Positions 9,223-19,857 of a stretch of DNA of 52,074 nt are shown one piece after another. Source of the DNA: Promethearchaeota archaeon (GTDB lineage: Archaea > Asgardarchaeota > Lokiarchaeia > Sigyniarchaeales > SOKP01); contig JBHLNZ010000016.1 in the NCBI GenBank assembly GCA_048941015.1, forward strand, positions 1 through 52,074, in the 5' to 3' direction. Every line of letters starts with the position of its first letter. Within the stretch, counting starts at the first letter, position 1. The position numbers and the translations under genes were made by a program. The notes under the pieces are model-generated. The model worked only from the letters and a program-made list of their open reading frames with translations, did not search any database and was not told the origin of the DNA.

Positions 9223-10473
9223 TTATAAAGCTTTTTTAACCAATTCAACAATATCAAAAACTTGAAGTGAATCTTTGATATTAGATTTAAATTGATTTGC
9301 ACAGAAAGGACAAGCGGATACAATCGCTTCTGCTTGAGTTTCTTCTGCCTCTTTAATTCTTTCAGTTGCTGCAAACTCAGATAAATCTTTAAATGCCGAA
9401 CGGACTCCTCCACCAGATCCACAACACCAAGCATTATATCTATTTCGAACCATTTCAATTAACTCAATCCCGGGAATTTTCTTTAGTAATTCTCTTGGGG
9501 GCTCATAAATTCCCATATGTCGTCCTAGGTGACAAGGATCATGATATGTTACTTTCATATTTAGCTTTTTATTAAATTTTAATTCGTTGTTATTTGCTTT
9601 ATCTAATAAATATTCAGGTAAATGAATTACTTCAAACTCATGTTTAAGTCCAAATTTATTGGGATATGTTTCTTTTAACATTCGAAAGCAACCAGCACAA
9701 GAGGTAATTATTTTTTGAATACCTGCATCTTTAAAAGTATTTATATTTTTCTCAGCAATTTTTAATGCCTTTTCTGTCTGACCTGTCATGTATACTGGAG
9801 ATCCACAGCAAACTTCTTCTTTAAAAATTCTAAATTCAATTCCTAATGTGTTTAAAATTTCTGCTGTTGCTATAGCTATATTCTGCTCTCGATAACTAGA
9901 GGTACAACCAACAAAATAAGCTATTTTTGCATCTGATGAATTTTTAATGTGTGAAGGGACCCATCTTAGACGATCCTCATGTTTTTCCATATAAGGGTTA
10001 TAATTATTTATGACGTGTTCAGTATATTTTTTATGTTCCACCATTGGACCTAGATCTCTTTTAACCGCTTCTTCTCTCATCGCCATCAACCATTCCCCAG
10101 CATAATGATGAATTTCGGGGATTTGACATTGTTGAGTACATGCTAAACAAAGAGAACATTGATAAAATATTTTTATAAGATTTTTAGTCCATTTGAGCTT
10201 GCTTGTATTAACTGCCCATGAGAGTAAATTTTTTCCTCCCAAATAATAGGCTTCAAATTTACCAAATTCTCCAGAAGGACAAACTTTTGACATAAATTTC
10301 TCTTGATAAGCAGTTCTACACGTTCCACATTTACCACATTGGTAAAAAATGTCTCGATAATATTTAAAATCTTTATATCTTTCAAGTATCTTCTTATTTG
10401 CGGCTGTTGTAATTTCAGTAATTCCTTTCCCTTCTAACAATTTCATTTTTTCTTGCATGTTATTTACCTCCAA
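9223..10473 (-). CDS. (Fe-S)-binding protein, GlcF/HdrD-like with CCG domains
   Basis: CxxCxxC clusters, CCGSP, TSCAGC, YHDPCHLGR, CCGSGGG, ACPFC. Confidence 0.9.
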   Translation of the reverse strand: MEVNNMQEKMKLLEGKGITEITTAANKKILERYKDFKYYRDIFYQCGKCGTCRTAYQEKFMSKVCPSGEFGKFEAYYLGGKNLLSWAVNTSKLKWTKNLIKIFYQCSLCLACTQQCQIPEIHHYAGEWLMAMREEAVKRDLGPMVEHKKYTEHVINNYNPYMEKHEDRLRWVPSHIKNSSDAKIAYFVGCTSSYREQNIAIATAEILNTLGIEFRIFKEEVCCGSPVYMTGQTEKALKIAEKNINTFKDAGIQKIITSCAGCFRMLKETYPNKFGLKHEFEVIHLPEYLLDKANNNELKFNKKLNMKVTYHDPCHLGRHMGIYEPPRELLKKIPGIELIEMVRNRYNAWCCGSGGGVRSAFKDLSEFAATERIKEAEETQAEAIVSACPFCANQFKSNIKDSLQVFDIVELVKKAL

Positions 10474-11935
10474 CTCCTTGACCTGGATTCATAATGCTAT
10501 TAGGATCCAATAAATTTTTTATTTTTTGAATTAATTCATTCGTTGCAGGCAAGGTTTTCTTTCTATAATAGTCAACAGCCCAAAGAGGAGGTTTGTACAT
10601 TACAACTCCATCTAATTTTTGGACAACATCATGAATTTCATATAAACATTTTCTTGCTTTTTTAATATCTTCAGGATCATCTTTATTAAAATTTACGTTT
10701 GTACGAGCTACACAATAATGTCCCCCAAATAAAATTCTACTATAAAATTGCGGAGGTCTATCATATTTCAAGCAGATTTTTCTTGATAAATTATAATATT
10801 CAATTATGTCTCTAGTTGAACAATATGAGCCAATCCATTGTCCTCCCCCACCTCTCATGAAATCCCATATACCCCAGAATTGAACAGGTGTTCCTCCACC
10901 CGTTGAGGGTGTTAGATGCTTTAGTATTCCTATCATATTTTCAGGAAAGTTGTTTATTTGTTCTTCTGTAGTTAGAGGATCTATTTCAAATTCTTTACAA
11001 ATTGTTCTTATTGCTTCACATTGTGCTTCATGTTGCTTTTCTGTATAAGCTTGAGTTGTTACAAGTCCTAAAAAGTCAGGTAAACCCAGTTCTAAAGGAT
11101 CTTTTGCTACGTTCTTCTGTTCGAATCCCATAAGAGATTGTGTCCAGCCTAAGTTTAAGGAACATATATCTACAATTCCTAATCCTGCTTTTGAAAGCTT
11201 AAGCATCATAGACACTCCTTTATCGACTGTTTGAGCAATATTAGCAAAATCTGTTCTATATGGTAATTTCGGCCATAATTTGAGTGATGCTTTTGTAACG
11301 ATTCCCGTAGTTCCCTCCCATCCAATGAATAGTCCAGCTAAATCTGGTAAAGGTTGTCGACCATACCAATAATTAGATAAACTACACGAACCTGCCCGTA
11401 TTAGTTCACCTGTTCCTAAAACAACTTCCAAACCATTTATGAATTCTGCGCCTGTCCCTCCTAACATACCCAAATCGAACATTCCGTAGCATAAACATGA
11501 AGCAACAGCCCCAGTACCGGGGGGTGACCAAGCTATTCCAGCTCGAAAATTAGGATGATTTTTATCAAGATACCCTCTTAAATCTGCCCATGTTATTCCT
11601 CCTTCTACAACTGCATACATATCATCTTCATTTACTTCTAAAACTCGGTTCATTCTCCTTAGATCCATTACGATCCCTCCTTTTCTTGGGGTAGCAATAG
11701 ATCCAAAATTTAAACCTGAAACCCAAGGAACGACTGGGATTTTATATTTATTAGCAATCTTAACTATTTGTTGAACTTCTTCTGCTGAGTTCGGCATTAT
11801 CGCAATATCGCATTTACCTTCAGGTTCAGCAGTAATAAAATCATAATGGTATAAATATGTTATCTCTGGTGTATCAGAAACGTATTTATCGCCAACAATG
11901 TGTTCCAATTCATTTAAAATCTTTCCATTAATCAT
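10460..11935 (-). CDS. FAD-binding oxidoreductase (VAO/PCMH-GlcD superfamily)
   Basis: FAD_binding_4 domain, GWEGTTGIVTK, C-terminal LDPNSIMNPG. Confidence 0.88.
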   Translation of the reverse strand: MINGKILNELEHIVGDKYVSDTPEITYLYHYDFITAEPEGKCDIAIMPNSAEEVQQIVKIANKYKIPVVPWVSGLNFGSIATPRKGGIVMDLRRMNRVLEVNEDDMYAVVEGGITWADLRGYLDKNHPNFRAGIAWSPPGTGAVASCLCYGMFDLGMLGGTGAEFINGLEVVLGTGELIRAGSCSLSNYWYGRQPLPDLAGLFIGWEGTTGIVTKASLKLWPKLPYRTDFANIAQTVDKGVSMMLKLSKAGLGIVDICSLNLGWTQSLMGFEQKNVAKDPLELGLPDFLGLVTTQAYTEKQHEAQCEAIRTICKEFEIDPLTTEEQINNFPENMIGILKHLTPSTGGGTPVQFWGIWDFMRGGGGQWIGSYCSTRDIIEYYNLSRKICLKYDRPPQFYSRILFGGHYCVARTNVNFNKDDPEDIKKARKCLYEIHDVVQKLDGVVMYKPPLWAVDYYRKKTLPATNELIQKIKNLLDPNSIMNPGQGVGGK

Positions 11936-12123
11936 TGTTTATTCACCTTTTAGGAATAATTATGTTAAAAGATATTATAAATTTAATTACATAGTTGTTC
12001 TTAAAATAACTTTTTGTATCACGCATAGAAGTACTATAACGTTTTTTTTTAATCATTAAACATTTATAATTTAATAACAGAACTTCATTTACCTATATAA
12101 TTAAATTAATTTTACAGATTAAG

Positions 12124-12546
12124 ATGTTAAATATAGAATTTCCAGATGATTTGATTTCTTTATCTTTACATAACGTTTTTTCTTATAGAAAAGATGATAA
12201 GAAATTTATTAAAACTGTAAAAAATTGGAATAAAAAAATCGTTTTACATATCGACCCATTTTATCCTGTCACTGTAATCTTTGAAGGAAGCGATATCAGA
12301 TTCGAAAGAAAAGAAGCAGATGATTTTGATTTAAAACTTAATATACACATTAATACAATGCTTGATATTGCTTATGGACGATTAACTCCAATACAAGCAA
12401 TGGATCAAAAGAAGATGGAATTAATTGGTTTAGAAAAAGATCCTAAAATCATGCCAAAATTTTTTAATGTCTTTGTAACCTCAATGGGAATGGTTGCTGC
12501 TGAACCTAATTTAAAATATTATGAATTAAATAAGCAAACAAGGTGA
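12124..12546 (+). CDS. SCP2 (sterol carrier protein 2)-like lipid-binding domain protein
   Basis: DLKLNI...DIAYGRLTPIQAM...MELIG pattern typical of SCP2 fold. Confidence 0.6.
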   Translation: MLNIEFPDDLISLSLHNVFSYRKDDKKFIKTVKNWNKKIVLHIDPFYPVTVIFEGSDIRFERKEADDFDLKLNIHINTMLDIAYGRLTPIQAMDQKKMELIGLEKDPKIMPKFFNVFVTSMGMVAAEPNLKYYELNKQTR

Positions 12547-14027
12547 TAAAAATAACTACAACTAAAGAAAGGAACATTTTTGAAAAAATTTCGAAAGATG
12601 ATGTTTATAAACAGTTAGTAGAAATCTTTGGAACTACTCACGTTTCTAATAAGGAAGTGGATTTATATCCCTATTCCTTTGATATGACTGAAAATGAGCC
12701 TCATATGCCCGATTTCGTAGTGATTCCAGAAAATGTCGAAGAATTAGTTAGATTAGTAAAATTTTGCAATCAATATCTAATACCAATTGTTCCATATACT
12801 ACAGGAAATAATGTAGGGGGCTTAACTATTCCTGATTATGGAGGCATCATTGTAGATTTTGGAAAAAAAATGAATAAAATTCTATATATTGATGATAATA
12901 TGATGTATGCTTTGTTGGAACCAGGAGTAACTTTCGGACAATTGAAAAAATATTTAGATGAAAATTATCCAAACCTTAGATATAGTTATCCCAATGCCCC
13001 ACCTTATGCTGGTGTTGCTGGAAATGCTCTTTTGAGTGGAATGACAAATCTAGGTGCAAAAATAGGATCAATGGCAGATGGCATCAATGGATTAGAAGTT
13101 ATTACTGCTGATGGAGAGATTGCTAGAATCGGATCATGTTTTTATGGAAAAGATGATGCTGCACTAGATAGCTGGTGGTGTCGTTATCCGATGCCAGATT
13201 TAATGGGGCTTTTTGTTAATTGGCAGGGTATGACAGGATTAGTTACTAAGTGTTCAGTTCAACTATGGCCAAAAGAACGATTTGAGAAACCTCAACTAGC
13301 ACTTTTTTTTGGATTAACTGATATTGGTCCATTTTTAAGAGAGATAGGGAGAGCAGAAATTATTAATGATATTGCTGCTTTCTCGGTAGAGGTAGCTAAA
13401 ATGGAAGTAGGCATTCCTGAACCTGTTAGATATCCTGGAGAACCTCCCTATACTGCTGTAATACCCATATCTGGTAAAACAGAAAAGCAATTGGAAGCAA
13501 AATTAGAAATTCTGAAAAAGATTGTGGATGATTTGAATCAAAAAGGCACAAATATTCATTTGATTGATTATCAAGAATTTTCTAAACTATTCAATTTAAA
13601 AGCACGTAATATTTACGACTTACCTTCTCAAATACTTTCATTACATGAATACAGTGGTCTTACATGGTTCGGTGCTTATGCTCCATCGCATAAATTTGAA
13701 GAGTTAATTGAGAAAACTGATGAATTATACCAAAAGCATAAAGTACCACCCTTTAATTATATTAAGATAATGAAAGGAGGTCATTATGGGATATTCAGGC
13801 CAATATTTCGATTCAATAAATATACAGATCAAGAAAGAATGATGAAATTAGTGGAAGAAATTGCGGATGTTTGTATAGAATTAGGATGCATTCCATATAA
13901 GACCCCCTCTTGGATAACTGCTAAATTAAGGAAAAAAATTAATCCTGGTTGGCTCAAACTATTTGAAAAGATCAAAAATTGTATGGATCCAAACAATATT
14001 TTCAATCCAGGGAGGTGGAACACATAA
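12543..14027 (+). CDS. FAD-binding oxidoreductase (VAO/PCMH-GlcD superfamily)
   Basis: PDFVVIPE, EPGVT, GMTGLVTK, MDPNNIFNPG; GTGA overlap with upstream gene. Confidence 0.88.
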   Translation: MIKITTTKERNIFEKISKDDVYKQLVEIFGTTHVSNKEVDLYPYSFDMTENEPHMPDFVVIPENVEELVRLVKFCNQYLIPIVPYTTGNNVGGLTIPDYGGIIVDFGKKMNKILYIDDNMMYALLEPGVTFGQLKKYLDENYPNLRYSYPNAPPYAGVAGNALLSGMTNLGAKIGSMADGINGLEVITADGEIARIGSCFYGKDDAALDSWWCRYPMPDLMGLFVNWQGMTGLVTKCSVQLWPKERFEKPQLALFFGLTDIGPFLREIGRAEIINDIAAFSVEVAKMEVGIPEPVRYPGEPPYTAVIPISGKTEKQLEAKLEILKKIVDDLNQKGTNIHLIDYQEFSKLFNLKARNIYDLPSQILSLHEYSGLTWFGAYAPSHKFEELIEKTDELYQKHKVPPFNYIKIMKGGHYGIFRPIFRFNKYTDQERMMKLVEEIADVCIELGCIPYKTPSWITAKLRKKINPGWLKLFEKIKNCMDPNNIFNPGRWNT

Positions 14028-15209
14028 ATGGTTGAAGTAGATAAGTCATTATTTGGAAAAGAATTTCTTGAGATGGCATTCGAAAGATGCATAAAATGTA
14101 GTACTTGTAAATATTCCTATAAGGAGTTTGAGCCAATGTGCCCTTCAGGAGAAAAATTCTTATTTGAATCATACTGGGCATCGGGGAGAATTAGAATTAT
14201 TAGAGGCCTATTAAATGGGGAGTTAGAATGGAATGAAGACTTAAAAAATCCAATTTTTGCTTGTACAACTTGTGGAGCTTGTATTGATTCTTGCAATGCC
14301 CCTCATGCTGATTATATCGTCGATATGATCGAAGCTTTAAGAGAGCTTGCGGTTAAACATATTGGCCCCGCAGAAAATCAAGAATTTTTAGTATCTAGAT
14401 GCGAGGAAAATTGTAATCCCTATGATGAACCAAATTCAGATAATTCAGAATTAAAAAAGAAATATGACTTACCAGATAAAGCAGAATGGGTATATTATAT
14501 AGGATGTACTTCTAACTATCGCCAACAAAACTTACGAGATTCTACAATTAGATTTTTAAAAAAAGCGAATATTGATTTTACTTTAATCGATGAACATTGT
14601 TGTACAAGTCCAATGATAAGAACAGGACAAATAGGCATTGTTAATGCTTATATGAACTATAATATTGCTCAGATTAAAAATACGGGAGCAAAAAAAGTTG
14701 TTACGTCTTGTGCAGGATGCTATAAAACTATTAAAAGAGATTTCGAACGATTTGGTGGAGAATTAGATTTTGAAGTTTATCATACAGTAGAACTGGTAAA
14801 ACAACTATTAGACGAGGGAAAAATTAAATTCAAATCCGAATATAATAAAACAGTTACATATCATGATCCTTGTCATTTAGGACGTCACATGGGAATTTAT
14901 GAAATTCCACGAGAGGTTTACAAGCATATACCAGGGCTTAAATTAGTTGAAATGAAAAGAAATAGAAATTTTGCATGGTGTTGTGGTGCTGGTGGTGGAG
15001 TAAAAATAGGATATCCAGATTGGGCAATAGAAGTTTCGGGTGAGAGATTAAAAGAGGCTAAAGACACAGGTGCAACCGTAGTATCATCAACTTGTCCTTT
15101 TTGTAGAACTAATTTAAGTGACGCAAATGATAACTATCATTTTGACTTTGAAGTATTAGATTTAATGGAAATCATTGATCAAATCGATATTGAAGTTACA
15201 AAAGAGTAA
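14028..15209 (+). CDS. (Fe-S)-binding protein, GlcF/HdrD-like with CCG domains
   Basis: CIKCSTC, CTTCGAC, YHDPCHLGR, CCGAGGG, TCPFC. Confidence 0.9.
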   Translation: MVEVDKSLFGKEFLEMAFERCIKCSTCKYSYKEFEPMCPSGEKFLFESYWASGRIRIIRGLLNGELEWNEDLKNPIFACTTCGACIDSCNAPHADYIVDMIEALRELAVKHIGPAENQEFLVSRCEENCNPYDEPNSDNSELKKKYDLPDKAEWVYYIGCTSNYRQQNLRDSTIRFLKKANIDFTLIDEHCCTSPMIRTGQIGIVNAYMNYNIAQIKNTGAKKVVTSCAGCYKTIKRDFERFGGELDFEVYHTVELVKQLLDEGKIKFKSEYNKTVTYHDPCHLGRHMGIYEIPREVYKHIPGLKLVEMKRNRNFAWCCGAGGGVKIGYPDWAIEVSGERLKEAKDTGATVVSSTCPFCRTNLSDANDNYHFDFEVLDLMEIIDQIDIEVTKE

Positions 15210-15273
15210 GAATCCTAAAAAATTATTTTTTATTTTATATCTTTTTATAGAGCTATAGCTAATTATTAATTAT

Positions 15274-17409
15274 ATGTTTAAAAATCTTGAAATAAGGAAT
15301 TGGTCTCCTTGGTGGCGAATTCCACGGTTATTTCTTTACTTATTTGGAGTTTTTACTTACTTTTGGTATTTTTGGTCTTGGATTGGATTAATAATTGGTA
15401 TAATTTATTTTACCATTTTTAAAGATCGCGCATGGAAGCGAAATGGCTTAATACTAGCATTTGCTGTTAGTTTTATAACTCTCTTTGTTTACTTTTATAA
15501 AGATTTTTCTCCACTTCAGTTAGCTATTAGAACTGGATTAATTATTTTTTTATCATACTTCTTGATATTAGTATGCATTGAAATTCTAAAAACCAAAATT
15601 TCATTTATAGGGAAAATTAAAGAAATTTATTTTCAAAAAATTCAAAGCTATCCATCTAGGGTAAGATTGGGAACTAAAATGATTATAATACTTTTACCTT
15701 TAGTGCTATGGAGTTCAGTAAGTTTAGATTTTGGTGTGATGTTTGATAATAAAACTCGACTTCTATGGATTCATGCCCCTTCTAAAGTTAATCAAGGTGA
15801 TCTTTTCGATATTACAGTTCAAGCATGGGATCAGTTTGAACGATTGAGCGCGACTTATAAAGGTACAGTAGAATTTTCAGTTGAATCTTATAACCTTTCA
15901 AATTATAATACTATTAATAATCCAAACGCATCTTTACCAGAGCCATATACATTTACTGGACAATTTTTTGGTTCAGATATGGCATATAGCATAAAAGATG
16001 GAGAAGATAATGGATTACATGCTTTTCAGATGAGCATTAATACTCTAGGTATTCATTATATCTTAGTAAATGACAGTTTTACTCAAAATACTTACTATAG
16101 TAATCCAATTTTAGTCGTTAACTATTCTATTGATGAGAAATTGATTGTTTGGGGTGATATTCATACTCACTCTCAACTTTCTGATGGAACAGGTACTGCA
16201 GATCATTCTTACTATTTTGCCAGATATATAGCTTGTCTTGATTATAATGCTTTGACTGATCATGGTGAGATTATGTTATTCGCTCCAGGTTCACTTGATC
16301 GATTAGAATCTTCTACGAATGAAGCCTATGAACCGGGAAAGTTTGTGACATTTCATGGAATAGAATGGACGAATGTTCGAACAGGTCATTATATATGTAT
16401 ATTTAGTGGAAATCAATTACTGAAAAAGCCAATTCTTTCATATATGACAGTGCCCACTACAGATGCGTTATGGGAAGCACTAGATAAATTTACTTCTGAA
16501 ACTGGTGATCGGGCACTTGCACTTCCACATCATACTACTAAAAAATCTTATATGGAAGATTGGACTTATATAAATCCTAAATATGTTAAACTTGCCGAAG
16601 TATGTTCTGTGCATGGTGACTTTTTATTCGAACAGAGACATGAATTGAATTATCGGGGAGCTATTCATCCACCTCCTGAATATACAAACGGTTCCTCAAT
16701 TGTAGATGCTTTAACAATGGGTAAAAGATTAACTCTATATGCTGCTAGTGATGAACATGATGGTCATCCAGGGCATAGTTTAAGCCATACTAGAGCTTAT
16801 ATTGGACACCAACGTCCTTTCAGTTTATGGCATACAAGAAATGAACACCCATATCCTGGGGGTTTAACAGCTATATTTGTCGATAATCTTACGAGAGAAG
16901 GAGTATTTAGTGGTTTTGAAAATCAGAGAATATTTGCCAGTTCAGACCATGGTCGCCCTATTCTAACTTTTACAATCAATAATACCAGTGTTGGAGATGG
17001 TTCGACTCTGATTGTTAATAATCAAAACTCTCATAGAGAAATTAATATATTTTTAGCCCAAGATGGGGCACCAGTAGCTTTAAAATCTGAAGCTGCTTCA
17101 GTACCACCTAATTGGATACCTAATTGGAACGCTTCAATAGAGATTATAAAAAATGGTATTTTATGGCAAACAGTTAGAATCTCTACACCAATTTATAATG
17201 CTTCAGTCGTAGATACAGATCCAATCACAGGAACTTCATATGAGTCTTATTGCATAGAAAAAGATGGAAAATGGTATATTAATAGTTATAGTGATAATCC
17301 AATTGATCCTAGTAGCCTAAATACAGGTGGATTTGATTATTATCTTGTACGTGTTGTAGGAGATAATGGTAGGCATGCATACGCAGGACCAATTTGGGTT
17401 GAATATTAG
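15274..17409 (+). CDS. Membrane-anchored PHP-fold metallohydrolase (DUF3604/CehA-McbA-like)
   Basis: N-terminal TM helices; WGDIHTHS, TDH, GIEW, PHH, SDEH metal ligands. Confidence 0.75.
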   Translation: MFKNLEIRNWSPWWRIPRLFLYLFGVFTYFWYFWSWIGLIIGIIYFTIFKDRAWKRNGLILAFAVSFITLFVYFYKDFSPLQLAIRTGLIIFLSYFLILVCIEILKTKISFIGKIKEIYFQKIQSYPSRVRLGTKMIIILLPLVLWSSVSLDFGVMFDNKTRLLWIHAPSKVNQGDLFDITVQAWDQFERLSATYKGTVEFSVESYNLSNYNTINNPNASLPEPYTFTGQFFGSDMAYSIKDGEDNGLHAFQMSINTLGIHYILVNDSFTQNTYYSNPILVVNYSIDEKLIVWGDIHTHSQLSDGTGTADHSYYFARYIACLDYNALTDHGEIMLFAPGSLDRLESSTNEAYEPGKFVTFHGIEWTNVRTGHYICIFSGNQLLKKPILSYMTVPTTDALWEALDKFTSETGDRALALPHHTTKKSYMEDWTYINPKYVKLAEVCSVHGDFLFEQRHELNYRGAIHPPPEYTNGSSIVDALTMGKRLTLYAASDEHDGHPGHSLSHTRAYIGHQRPFSLWHTRNEHPYPGGLTAIFVDNLTREGVFSGFENQRIFASSDHGRPILTFTINNTSVGDGSTLIVNNQNSHREINIFLAQDGAPVALKSEAASVPPNWIPNWNASIEIIKNGILWQTVRISTPIYNASVVDTDPITGTSYESYCIEKDGKWYINSYSDNPIDPSSLNTGGFDYYLVRVVGDNGRHAYAGPIWVEY

Positions 17410-17452
17410 AGATGATACTTAAATTTTTTTCTTAATCTTTTTATTGTTTTAA

Positions 17453-17737
17453 ATGTTTGAAAATGTAATGAAAGCTAAAATAATTGCTATAGTATCAATA
17501 ATTTTAGGGATTATAATTAGCTTAATTACAGGTTTAATACCCTATCCAACTACCTCAATAATAGGTATACAAAAATGGGGTTATCCATTTTATTGGCTAA
17601 GCAAACCAATATCCCCTGATGCTGTTGTAAATATTACATGGGCTTTTCTAATATTTGATATTTTATTTTGGATATTAATTTCATTGATTCTAATTGAAGT
17701 CTTTTCCCTACTTCTTAAAAAAATTAAAAAAAGTTAA
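17453..17737 (+). CDS. Small two-TM membrane protein
   Basis: Two hydrophobic helices flanking WGYPFYW. Confidence 0.7.
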   Translation: MFENVMKAKIIAIVSIILGIIISLITGLIPYPTTSIIGIQKWGYPFYWLSKPISPDAVVNITWAFLIFDILFWILISLILIEVFSLLLKKIKKS

Positions 17738-17756
17738 AAAAAATTTTAAGATTATT

Positions 17757-19040
17757 TTACCGTTCTAATTCTTTCGCTCGTAATAGGGGTATAATTGAAA
17801 TTAAGATTATTAGAGCAGATACAATAAAAAGCAGCGGTGGTGGTATAAAACCTGGTAATAATCCTAACTTTGTTACAGTTTCGAAATAGAATCCAAATCT
17901 TTCAGAGATGAAGCCGCCTAACAAAGATCCAACAACCATCCCTATTAAAATATTAAAAACTAGATAATAGCCATGAAATTGTCCTCGTTTTTCTTCTGGA
18001 TAGAGATCCTTAAGCCATGTTCTTGTTGCTATATTAAATGCTAGATATGCAAATACCCAACAGGAAACGGTTATAATGATAAAAATCGTGTCTCTCGAGA
18101 AAGCAAAAAGTAGTAATGAAATAGTTTCAAATACTATTGCGACAATACCTACTTTTTTACGTCCAATTTTGTCAACTAATTTTCCTGTAGGAAAAGCTAA
18201 TATAATAGAAATTACAAAAGCAATAAAAACGATTAATGATGCTATATCAATTGTAATAAGTAAATATCGTTCTACATAAATTAATATGAATGGAAAGAAT
18301 GAAAAGAAACCGATGCCCCATACACCACAGCTCAATAATACTAAAAATAGATCCTTATTTTCTTTTAAAGTCTTAGGATTGAACGTATCCTTTATTGTAC
18401 TCCAATATCCTTGTTGGTTTGGTTTTAAATTTTCTGGTTCTGGAGCTATAATAGCACCAGGGATACCAAAGATTCCTGCTATAATTGCAATAATGATAAA
18501 ATAGAGATAATAACCTAGACTTTCAATAAGAATCCCAGATAAACCATAAATTATTAAAAGTGCAACGAAAAACATGATTTCTTTTATTGAACCAATTTTA
18601 CCTCTATTTTCAGGAGTTGTGACATCAGTAACATAAGCATTTAAAGTAGCATCACTAGCAGTTGCTCCAAAAAATGACATAATACTGTCAAATAAGATTG
18701 CCATAAATACCGCAATTGCTACTGAACCAAAAAATTTGCCAAAAGAAGCTGAGAATGGGAATATTGCTGTGGTAAGGGTAAAAAAGGTCATTCCTACAAT
18801 AAAGAAAATATGTCTCTTTCCTTTTTTGTCGCTAAGAGCCCCCATGAATATTGTAGTTAAGGTTGAGACAACAGCAGTAATAGAAACTAATAATGAAACA
18901 TAAAACGGCACTGGGGCGATTTCATTATAAATAAATAGATTAAAATATTGGTTCTCAACTGCCCAGGCTAGTTCTCCTGAAAAAGTTAGAAGGATAATTG
19001 CCGAAATTATTCTTCTTGGGATTTTTTCTGATTTTGACAT
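17757..19040 (-). CDS. MFS transporter
   Basis: About 12 TM helices, GALSDKKGKR and GKLVDKIGRK motif A. Confidence 0.92.
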   Translation of the reverse strand: MSKSEKIPRRIISAIILLTFSGELAWAVENQYFNLFIYNEIAPVPFYVSLLVSITAVVSTLTTIFMGALSDKKGKRHIFFIVGMTFFTLTTAIFPFSASFGKFFGSVAIAVFMAILFDSIMSFFGATASDATLNAYVTDVTTPENRGKIGSIKEIMFFVALLIIYGLSGILIESLGYYLYFIIIAIIAGIFGIPGAIIAPEPENLKPNQQGYWSTIKDTFNPKTLKENKDLFLVLLSCGVWGIGFFSFFPFILIYVERYLLITIDIASLIVFIAFVISIILAFPTGKLVDKIGRKKVGIVAIVFETISLLLFAFSRDTIFIIITVSCWVFAYLAFNIATRTWLKDLYPEEKRGQFHGYYLVFNILIGMVVGSLLGGFISERFGFYFETVTKLGLLPGFIPPPLLFIVSALIILISIIPLLRAKELER

Positions 19041-19319
19041 GCAATTCCCTAATTTAGTTTGATTTATAATAAGTTTAAAAAGAATTTAAATTAGAAAAAG
19101 TAATAGTTTGTTTTTAATTTTCTTAAAAAATGCAGCTGAGCTCATAGTAGAATAAAATCTTCATATAAAATTTAAATTTGGTGACCTTTCCCGTATTCCC
19201 CGTTTCAGTAGAATAGGTAACCAAGATTTTCGTTTTTAGATTATTAAGATAACATTTATTTATGAAAATATGTTTATTAGTCACTAACCGATCAATTTTT
19301 AAATTAATGGCTGGAAATC

Positions 19320-19820
19320 ATGAAATATAAAAGAAACCAATATTCTCAAGGAATTAGTATCTGTGCTCTAATCATTGCGGGAATTTTAATTTATTGGGGT
19401 CTAAATGATGTTTTAATTCGACCTCTTCAAGGATACGATTTTAATTGGTTTGGTATAGTGTGGCTTGGAATCGCTGCTGCAATTATAATAGGACAAAGTG
19501 CTGCTTGGGTTAACAGAGATAAATTAAGAAATGCTGTTTTATATGAATATGAAGCAACTCCTAATGCTACAATTGAAGAAATTAGTACCAAAACAGGGAT
19601 TACGATAAAAGATGTACAAGCGATTGTATTAGACCTAAAAGCCAGCGGTCTTTTACGGGGCAAATTCTCATCTAGTACTGGTGAAATGACTCACACTGAA
19701 GTCGTTTCTGGAGAACAACCAAAAAGTACAGAAGAACAAGTAAAGTATTGTCCAAATTGTGGAACTGCTAAAGCAAAAGATTCAGCACAGTATTGTTCTT
19801 ATTGCGGTACAAAATTTTAA
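19320..19820 (+). CDS. Membrane protein with winged-helix-like domain and C-terminal zinc ribbon
   Basis: 2 TM helices; TIEEISTKTGI...LKASGLLRGKF; CPNCG...CSYCG. Confidence 0.75.
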   Translation: MKYKRNQYSQGISICALIIAGILIYWGLNDVLIRPLQGYDFNWFGIVWLGIAAAIIIGQSAAWVNRDKLRNAVLYEYEATPNATIEEISTKTGITIKDVQAIVLDLKASGLLRGKFSSSTGEMTHTEVVSGEQPKSTEEQVKYCPNCGTAKAKDSAQYCSYCGTKF

Positions 19821-19857
19821 ATTTTATTCATTTATTTTTTATTTTTTTTTTATATAA

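Noticed and set aside
9135-9458. N-terminal extension of the 361-aa tracked ORF
   Set aside because: Overlaps the Fe-S gene in another frame and spans an AT-rich intergenic region; ATG 9134 is more plausible
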